Shown here one piece after another: positions 18,537-25,547 of a stretch of DNA of 26,621 bases. The stretch is from contig DATJFX010000008.1 in the NCBI GenBank assembly GCA_035495465.1, positions 1-26,621 on the forward strand. Reading direction: 5' to 3'. The stretch comes from Candidatus Methylomirabilota bacterium (lineage in GTDB: Bacteria > Patescibacteriota > Doudnabacteria > UBA920 > O2-02-FULL-48-8). Within the stretch, counting starts at the first letter, position 1. Each line of letters begins with the position of its first letter. The translations under genes and the position numbers were made by a program. A model generated the notes under the pieces. That model was not told the DNA's origin. It was given only the letters and a program-made list of their open reading frames with translations, and ran no database searches.

Positions 18537-18803
18537 CTACTTCTTCCAATCCTTGCACCCACCCGGCACGACCGCCATAGAGGTTCCCTGATAGATCATG
18601 CTGGTGTAGATCAGGTTCCCCGAAAGCATGTCACAGGTGGCGACAATCGACCCAGTGCCCATGGTCGGAACCTCGTATCTATAGACCTTGGGCGCCGACT
18701 GCTCGACATACGCTTGTGTGTCGGTCGGCGCAGTACTGCAGGCCGACGTTAATCCAAGACATATTGCGATGCCACTAACCTTTTTCCAATTCCAACGGAA
18801 CAT
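18537..18803 (-). CDS. Small predicted lipoprotein (88 aa)
   Basis: Basic N-terminus, hydrophobic stretch, lipobox-like LTSA|C; SD GGAGGTG. Confidence 0.7.
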   Translation of the reverse strand: MFRWNWKKVSGIAICLGLTSACSTAPTDTQAYVEQSAPKVYRYEVPTMGTGSIVATCDMLSGNLIYTSMIYQGTSMAVVPGGCKDWKK

Positions 18804-18843
18804 CTCTCACCTCCGCGCTTCCGCGCTGGAAAAAGCAGAAAAT

Positions 18844-19029
18844 CTACTGAAAGAACCGCATGAACCAGCTGGAGATCGCTCCCCATTTGGCCCACACAAT
18901 CGCCGAGACGAACCCCAGCATTCCGAGGTTCATCATCACGCCCACAGCAAGGACGAATGACTGAGTGTCCTCACGCAGATACTTCTGCAACGGGCTCAAT
19001 CCCGTTTCGTTCGGATCAGGGATGTGCAT
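18844..19029 (-). CDS. Small single-TM protein (~61 aa)
   Basis: SD AAGGAG; hydrophobic FVLAVGVMMNLGMLGFVSAIVW. The start could be 19029 or 19032. Confidence 0.75.
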   Translation of the reverse strand: MHIPDPNETGLSPLQKYLREDTQSFVLAVGVMMNLGMLGFVSAIVWAKWGAISSWFMRFFQ

Positions 19030-19065
19030 CATCAACTCCTTGCGCCTAGGCGCTGGAAAAGGAAA

Positions 19066-19299
19066 TTAGTGCCTGCCGCGGCCACCGGGCCAGAGTGGCC
19101 CGAGCATCCGTCGGAAGGCATAGATGACGATCCCCAGCAACAACGCCGGGCCGATGATCGACGAGACAAAGTTCTCGATCTTACTGAGAACCATGTAACG
19201 GAAATCCTCGGACAGAACCATCATCGCCACGAGGACGATGAGGACCGTGCGTAGTGCCCGCTGCGGCGAACCGAAGAAAAACTCAATCCAAGCCTGCAT
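19066..19299 (-). CDS. Small two-TM membrane protein (77 aa)
   Basis: SD AAGGAGG 4 nt before the ATG; two hydrophobic helices, each flanked by Arg. Confidence 0.8.
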   Translation of the reverse strand: MQAWIEFFFGSPQRALRTVLIVLVAMMVLSEDFRYMVLSKIENFVSSIIGPALLLGIVIYAFRRMLGPLWPGGRGRH

Positions 19300-19319
19300 G
19301 AGGCCTCCTTAGGTATATC

Positions 19320-19431
19320 AGGGAAACCATTTCCCTTCCGATAAGATCTAAATTTTAAATCTCATTGGAAGGGAGGGAGTTTTAAGGATTTACCAATCAA
19401 GGTGTCCAATAAAACTCTCCATCTTCTACTT
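19320..19431 (+). repeat. Structured repeat B2 (core 19367-19431)
   Basis: Second copy of B1, in the same position immediately after a module's last stop codon. Confidence 0.9.
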
Positions 19432-19625
19432 TACTTCCTCCTGGTAATCTCTCTTGCTCTTGGCGGTGGCACCACGAACTCCACTTCGAGACCGAGTCCA
19501 GTGGCGTGGCTGACAATCAGCTTGCCGATCGCCTCATCGGATGTACGACCAGCCTCCCACTTGCCCTTTTGATTTGCCAAGCAGGCATGCCAGTCATCTG
19601 AGCGCTTGGTCACAACGATTTTCAT
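19431..19625 (-). CDS. Small protein with possible HicB/UPF0150-like fold (64 aa)
   Basis: SD GGAGGTG. WHACLANQKGKWEAGRTSDEAIGKL resembles the HicB pattern y.a....G....G.T.eEA..nl. Confidence 0.5.
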   Translation of the reverse strand: MKIVVTKRSDDWHACLANQKGKWEAGRTSDEAIGKLIVSHATGLGLEVEFVVPPPRAREITRRK

Positions 19626-19653
19626 CTTACACCTCCGCCAAGTGTTGGAACTC

Positions 19654-19791
19654 TTACTTCTGGAAAATGCTTCGGCACTCGTAGAATGCCTTCCAGCATT
19701 CCTTGCCGATCCAGGCGGACACCGGGTTCCGTGGGCGAAAAATCATCAACCACACCATAACCCCGATAAACACGATCTGGAAATAAGCCAT
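19654..19791 (-). CDS. 45-aa hydrophobic peptide (below the ORF-track cutoff)
   Basis: Manual translation MAYFQIVFIGVMVWLMIFRPRNPVSAWIGKECWKAFYECRSIFQK*. SD GAGGTG; fills the gap between its neighbours. Confidence 0.75.
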   Translation of the reverse strand: MAYFQIVFIGVMVWLMIFRPRNPVSAWIGKECWKAFYECRSIFQK

Positions 19792-19828
19792 CTTTCACCT
19801 CTTGCCCATTGGGCTGAAAACGAACTTG

Positions 19829-20023
19829 TTACTTCGCCAACTTGTCGAGAGTCCGGGAGTCGATCTCGATGGGCTGAATCCAGATCTCACGTCTGACCCC
19901 GGCCGCTTTGTGAAGCTGCTGGGTAGTCGGCAGAAGCGCCTCGGCGACGTCTTGATGCAGGTACACGGTCGAGCTCGCCAACTCTTGAAGATTGTTGGCA
20001 TAAACCATAACGTAACCTTTCAT
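19829..20023 (-). CDS. Small hypothetical protein (64 aa), first gene of the island
   Basis: SD AAGGAG before the ATG at 20023 (MKGYVMVY...). Confidence 0.7.
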   Translation of the reverse strand: MKGYVMVYANNLQELASSTVYLHQDVAEALLPTTQQLHKAAGVRREIWIQPIEIDSRTLDKLAK

Positions 20024-20167
20024 GACTATCTCCTTGAAAACTGTGGGAAGCAACTTGCTTCCACAACCCTGAACACTTAGGTAAACTTTAGAGCAACAAT
20101 ATTTCTCTGTGTTACAACATTAAGTATTCAGAATAGTAGAAACAATTTTTCACTTTCTCTTCTCTTT

Positions 20168-20271
20168 AGGTGAGGCCTGCTGCTTCGAAGAGAATTGCGA
20201 GGACCTTCCAATGTCCGAGCTCTTAGTCGCCCTCAGGCGACGTCTCTGAGAAGCAGCAGGCCGAACCTTTT
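20168..20271 (+). ncRNA. Structured element A2 (candidate novel ncRNA, copy 2)
   Basis: Covarying homolog of A1, with three tandem G.A motifs on the + strand and a 3' U tract. Confidence 0.7.
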
Positions 20272-20472
20272 CCTTCCACAATTCTGGAAGCTTATCCAAC
20301 TGCTGGGGCGCAATTATATAATTTCGCCGCTTAGTCGGACAACCCTCCCAGAACTCTGGAAACAAAATAGCTCCCTTTCAGGAGCTATAGGTAAAATGTA
20401 TGTGAAATTTGCTACGTGCCCATTCGGTCCTGAACGAATAGGTACGACTATTCATTTTTTAAACAACTCATA

Positions 20473-20501
20473 AGTATACTCCTAAAAACCGATCTTGTCA
20501 A
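20473..20501 (-). promoter_or_regulatory. Sigma70-type promoter P1 driving the small-gene island
   Basis: TTGACA-N17-TATACT. Confidence 0.85.
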
Positions 20502-20511
20502 TAGATAACCC

Positions 20512-20540
20512 AAAAAAGAGGCTTAGGTTAGCCTCTTTTT
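20512..20540 (-). terminator. Intrinsic terminator of groES-groEL-GxxExxY
   Basis: AAAAAGAGGCT-AACCTA-AGCCTCTTTTTT. Confidence 0.85.
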
Positions 20541-20580
20541 GCCGCTAATATACACGAATACTGAACGAATTTACACTAAT
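20541..20580. repeat. Left imperfect inverted repeat of the GxxExxY element
   Basis: GCCGC-TAAT-nn-ACAC-GAAT-ACTGAA-CGAAT-nn-ACAC-TAAT, matching the reverse complement of 20983-21028. Confidence 0.75.
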
Positions 20581-20978
20581 TTGAAAGGTTTTCGATTATT
20601 GGTAAAAATAACTCTTTTTACCATAAGTTGAGAAGAAGCAAAATTTATTAGATAAGCTAGCTCGTATTCACTATTTCGTAAATAATCATAAAGACGTTTC
20701 AGCTCCTCATTTGATACAAATTTTTCAGCCTTTAGCTCAACTATAATTTTATCGTCAACAATAAAGTCAGGCCGATAAAGCCCGACTTTTTGTCCATCTT
20801 TTGGAGAATAAATATTTACACTTGGCTCTTTTACGAACTGAATTTTACGACGCCCGAATTCTTGAACCAACGCAGTTTGATATAATTTTTCTTTATGCCC
20901 CGGACCGAAATCTTTCCGCACTTCAATAGCCGCCCCATGAATCAAATACGATAATTCCTTATGTAATAATTCAGCCAT
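20571..20978 (-). CDS. GxxExxY protein (PD-(D/E)XK-like putative nuclease)
   Basis: FGPGHKEKLY (GxxExxY), RPDFIVDDKIIVELKA, YL...LINF. Confidence 0.93.
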   Translation of the reverse strand: MAELLHKELSYLIHGAAIEVRKDFGPGHKEKLYQTALVQEFGRRKIQFVKEPSVNIYSPKDGQKVGLYRPDFIVDDKIIVELKAEKFVSNEELKRLYDYLRNSEYELAYLINFASSQLMVKRVIFTNNRKPFKLV

Positions 20979-20982
20979 CCAA

Positions 20983-21028
20983 GTTCGTGTTCGTGTCTAT
21001 TAGTTTAATATTAGTGTCGATTCGCGGC
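20983..21028. repeat. Right imperfect inverted repeat of the GxxExxY element
   Basis: Reverse complement is GCCGC-GAAT-nn-ACAC-TAAT-ATTAAA-CTAAT-nn-ACAC-GAAC. Confidence 0.75.
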
Positions 21029-21029
21029 C

Positions 21030-22700
<1,671 letters not shown>

Positions 22701-22973
22701 TTATTGTACTATCCCGAGGATGTCCTCGTCTTTTAAAAATTTATGTTCGACCCTATCGATTTCTACATCATCACCAGCGTATTTACCAAACATTACTTTC
22801 TGTCCGACTTTCAAATTTAGTTTTCCAATTTTTTCCCCTGTTCCAATCGCAACTACCTCTCCTAAAGCTTTCTCTTTATCTTCTGAAGTGGCGATGACAA
22901 TACCCGATTTGGTGGTGTTCTCTATTTTACTGGGCTTAACCAAGATGCGGTCGCCCACTGGTTTAATATCCAT
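22701..22973 (-). CDS. groES: Co-chaperonin GroES
   Basis: IKPVGDRILV, TKSGIVI, GEVVAIGTG, VGQKVMFGKYAG, EDILGIV. Confidence 0.98.
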   Translation of the reverse strand: MDIKPVGDRILVKPSKIENTTKSGIVIATSEDKEKALGEVVAIGTGEKIGKLNLKVGQKVMFGKYAGDDVEIDRVEHKFLKDEDILGIVQ

Positions 22974-23029
22974 ATATTCCTTTCGGTTAAAAAAATGTCC
23001 GTTCGGACATTTTGTTTTTGCTACAACTT

Positions 23030-23058
23030 ATTATAAAATTTTTTTCAGTCCCTGACAA
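23030..23058 (-). promoter_or_regulatory. groESL promoter
   Basis: TTGTCA-N17-TATAAT. Confidence 0.75.
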
Positions 23059-23074
23059 GGCCCCTAAAATGACG

Positions 23075-23101
23075 AAAACCGGCAACGCAAGCGCTGCCGG
23101 T
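23075..23101 (-). terminator. Terminator of the 119-aa orphan gene
   Basis: ACCGGCA..TGCCGGT stem followed by a T run on the minus strand. Confidence 0.65.
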
Positions 23102-23110
23102 TTGTGTACC

Positions 23111-23470
23111 CTACCACCGAGGTTCTCGGCGATAGGTTTGAGCGATCTGGTCGCTCATCTCCGCAACAATCGCCGTGGCGGCGATATCGCGAAGAATCGT
23201 CCGGCCTCCGTCATACTTACTGACGTAGGCCCCACAGTGCACCTCATAGAGCGAGGTACGACTGCGGTCCGACCGAACATTCGCCAAACCACTGGCGATG
23301 ATCAGTCCCAGCGTCTGTGGGCGCAACTTCCGCACACGTCGATGAACAACGTTTGCGGCTTGCTCCCAAAGATACTGAGCCGCAGGCTCGGTGAAGCCAT
23401 GCTCACGGATGAGATCCGCGGCAATGCGCTGCACGAGCTTCGGACGAGACGACGGGTTGGTGTTGGTCAT
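23111..23470 (-). CDS. Hypothetical protein (119 aa), GC-rich orphan
   Basis: SD AAGGAG, own promoter and terminator; no family recognised. Confidence 0.75.
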   Translation of the reverse strand: MTNTNPSSRPKLVQRIAADLIREHGFTEPAAQYLWEQAANVVHRRVRKLRPQTLGLIIASGLANVRSDRSRTSLYEVHCGAYVSKYDGGRTILRDIAATAIVAEMSDQIAQTYRREPRW

Positions 23471-23694
23471 GGGACACTCCTTCTCTGACGGCCAGCCGCA
23501 AGGATCAACCTATCAGCGACATGCTGATAAGCTCCTTACTGCTCGAACTGATGAACAATTGTGTTAACTTTAGACAAACAACATTTAATGGGTTAACTTC
23601 AACTACTCACAGTGGAGCGTTTTCAGCTAGTCTTTCAGGGTATTCCGTGACCTTCACGGTTTTTTAAACTTCCTCCATTTTTCACGAACTCCAA

Positions 23695-23723
23695 AGTATA
23701 AATTAAAAAGCCTTGGTTGTCAA
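23695..23723 (-). promoter_or_regulatory. Sigma70-type promoter P2 (twin of P1)
   Basis: TTGACA-N17-TATACT. The -35 box lies inside the AAGCCTTG/CAAGGCTT-T5 terminator hairpin of the upstream gene. Confidence 0.85.
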
Positions 23724-23729
23724 GGCTTA

Positions 23730-23760
23730 GACTGCCACGCCCGCTTCGCGGGCTCGCAGA
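23730..23760. repeat. REP-like palindromic element
   Basis: GACTGCCACGCCCGC-TTC-GCGGGCTCGCAGA, with a GCGAAGC mini-hairpin on the minus strand. Confidence 0.55.
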
Positions 23761-23767
23761 TACTATA

Positions 23768-24748
23768 TTATTTAGTTTCTATTATTCTCTTAAATCGCTC
23801 AGCTATCTCGGCGCGGACGTCGTAGCCATGGAGTTTGAGCATGGAAGAGTTGGCAATCGTAGTCGAAGTAAGGCCGCGATTTTCTGCGAGTTTAAAGGTA
23901 TGGTTGATATGGATGCGCCTGAAAAATGGTTCAGCTAAGCTCACGGGTAACCAAAGTAAAACTTCCAAAATATATTTGATACTCAAAACTATAAAGGAAG
24001 GCTTTTTGGCGGAAGCAAACCTTTGAGTTGGCTCGAAATTTGGAAAAGCTTGGGTCAGCCAAGGATTTTTCTGCATCAATTGCCAATATGCCTGGCTCCC
24101 CACCACCGGACGCATATTCGCCAGCCAAAAATCAAAATATGGATCCTCAGGTTTCAGCTTTAAAGATTCAAATTCTAAATTATCTGTGGTGGTATAAAAC
24201 CCAAAACAAAACCGATCCTTAATCTTCTGCCGAGTTTTATACACTCCTAAACTCCGAAATAATACAATAATTAATGACCTAACAAAATAAAGGCGATTTG
24301 GCTTCGTGATGACGAAAAAATCAATATCTGAATCCGCATCAGATGTACCCAGCGACAAACTATTGATCACTGAGATATTCCGAACAAACGGCAATACAGC
24401 TAGCCAATTAAAATATCGGTCAATTTTCTCCCATTTTTTTATGAGTTCTAATTGATTGGCCTGGTAAGTGGCGGCATTCCATGATTTCAGAGAATATAGG
24501 TTATCTTTTTGCAAAACTTGGCCACTGACAACTAAATTCCCTAAAGTTTCAGTTACCTGGGGGAGGCTTACGAACTCGCCGTATAAAAGTTCGTGAACGC
24601 GTCTACTGGAGAGCGGTAATTCATACAAAGAAAAAAACGCTAACGTCTTTAGCACTGCTTGTTCTAATTTCACTTGAGTTTTAGTTTCGGCCGACGCTTC
24701 GGTCGGCCCCCCGACCGAGTTATCGCGTCGGGGCAATATTTCCGGCAT
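23768..24748 (-). CDS. Hypothetical protein with Pol-beta-like nucleotidyltransferase motif
   Basis: INSLSLGTSDADSDIDFFVI (h[NG]S-x9-DxD). The start may instead be the GTG at 24673. Confidence 0.65.
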   Translation of the reverse strand: MPEILPRRDNSVGGPTEASAETKTQVKLEQAVLKTLAFFSLYELPLSSRRVHELLYGEFVSLPQVTETLGNLVVSGQVLQKDNLYSLKSWNAATYQANQLELIKKWEKIDRYFNWLAVLPFVRNISVINSLSLGTSDADSDIDFFVITKPNRLYFVRSLIIVLFRSLGVYKTRQKIKDRFCFGFYTTTDNLEFESLKLKPEDPYFDFWLANMRPVVGSQAYWQLMQKNPWLTQAFPNFEPTQRFASAKKPSFIVLSIKYILEVLLWLPVSLAEPFFRRIHINHTFKLAENRGLTSTTIANSSMLKLHGYDVRAEIAERFKRIIETK

Positions 24749-25073
24749 CTATTTCCTTCCATGTATCATTATAATCATCCCATTTGTAAGCTTTAATTTT
24801 GTGCGAAAATTCTGTGTCAGAAAATTTATACTCTACTCGGGCCGATTTGCCTTGTTGGTGAGAATAAATTTCTTTTTTGTCCAAAACCACGGGTTTGGAC
24901 TCCCGAGTAAGTTTGATTTTACCCAAAGGCGTAGGAAAAATTAAAATTTCAACTTTGCCTGAAACCACCGGCCCATCCCCGGTTTCCATAATCAAATCCT
25001 CAAAGCCTTCTTCTTCAACTTTGAACTTGCGGTGCAATTCTTCTTTTAACGCTTCCCACTTGTCGTCTTGCAT
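24720..25073 (-). CDS. Hypothetical protein (117 aa)
   Basis: Uninterrupted ORF with host-like composition in operon-like spacing. Confidence 0.75.
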   Translation of the reverse strand: MQDDKWEALKEELHRKFKVEEEGFEDLIMETGDGPVVSGKVEILIFPTPLGKIKLTRESKPVVLDKKEIYSHQQGKSARVEYKFSDTEFSHKIKAYKWDDYNDTWKEIDAGNIAPTR

Positions 25074-25081
25074 GTTAACTT

Positions 25082-25474
25082 CTATTCTTCTTCTCCCCTT
25101 GCGGGAGAAGATGTCCGACTTCGTCGGACAGATGAGGGGTTAAAAAGTGCGTTAAATATTTTTTCCTTTACTATCGACAAATGATTAGTGATATCATCGT
25201 TCCAAAACCTCAATACCTTAAACCCAGACTTTTCGAGATAATCTTGTCTTATTTTATCTTTTAATTTCTGGGAATCGGAATTATGAGTACCACCATCTAA
25301 TTCTATTACTAATCGTTTTTTTAGGCAACAAAAATCAACAATATATTGATCTATGGCAACCTGTCGACGAAATTTAAAATTACCAAACCGCCGCCCTTGC
25401 AATAAGAACCAAAGTATCTTTTCTTCAGGGGTTGATTGTTTTCTTAAATTTCTTGCAAAGGCTTGATCTTGCAT
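25082..25474 (-). CDS. DUF559 / Vsr-like endonuclease domain protein
   Basis: ARNLRKQSTPEEKILW, KFRRQ, YIVDFCC, LVIELDGGTH, D..R..YLEKSGFKVLRFWN. Start trimmed to the ATG at 25474. Confidence 0.93.
   Translation of the reverse strand: MQDQAFARNLRKQSTPEEKILWFLLQGRRFGNFKFRRQVAIDQYIVDFCCLKKRLVIELDGGTHNSDSQKLKDKIRQDYLEKSGFKVLRFWNDDITNHLSIVKEKIFNALFNPSSVRRSRTSSPARGEEE
25089..25140 (-). repeat. Double-hairpin repeat, left flank of the DUF559 gene
   Basis: CCCCTCATC-TGTCCGAC/GTCGGACA-TCTTCTCCC/GGGAGAAGA. Confidence 0.8.
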
Positions 25475-25480
25475 AAATAG

Positions 25481-25535
25481 CACCCTCACCTGTCTCCGCA
25501 TTTGCGGAGACATCCTCTCCCGTCAAGGGAGAGGA
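25481..25535 (+). repeat. Double-hairpin repeat, right flank of the DUF559 gene (inverted relative to the left)
   Basis: CACCCTCACC-TGTCTCCGC/GCGGAGACA-TCCTCTCCC/GGGAGAGGA. Confidence 0.8.
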
Positions 25536-25547
25536 AAAATTGAAAAC

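Noticed and set aside
16930-20100. Intact prophage or inovirus
   Set aside because: Small TM genes are suggestive, but there is no Zot/pI ATPase, Rep, integrase, terminase or capsid gene, and no duplicated tRNA 3' end (att site). A degraded remnant is not excluded.
16821-20271. CRISPR array or integron attC cassette array
   Set aside because: Only two copies per repeat family, separated by 0.9-3.3 kb of genes. No cas or integrase gene is in the window and no RYYYAAC...GTTRRRY attC ends were found.
20150-20365. 71-aa minus-strand ORF in the island leader
   Set aside because: Non-ATG start with no SD, and it runs through element A2, whose variation is explained by base-pair covariation.
22974-23060. 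CIRCE operator for groESL
   Set aside because: Only a partial TAGCA is present, with no TTAGCACTC-N9-GAGTGCTAA.
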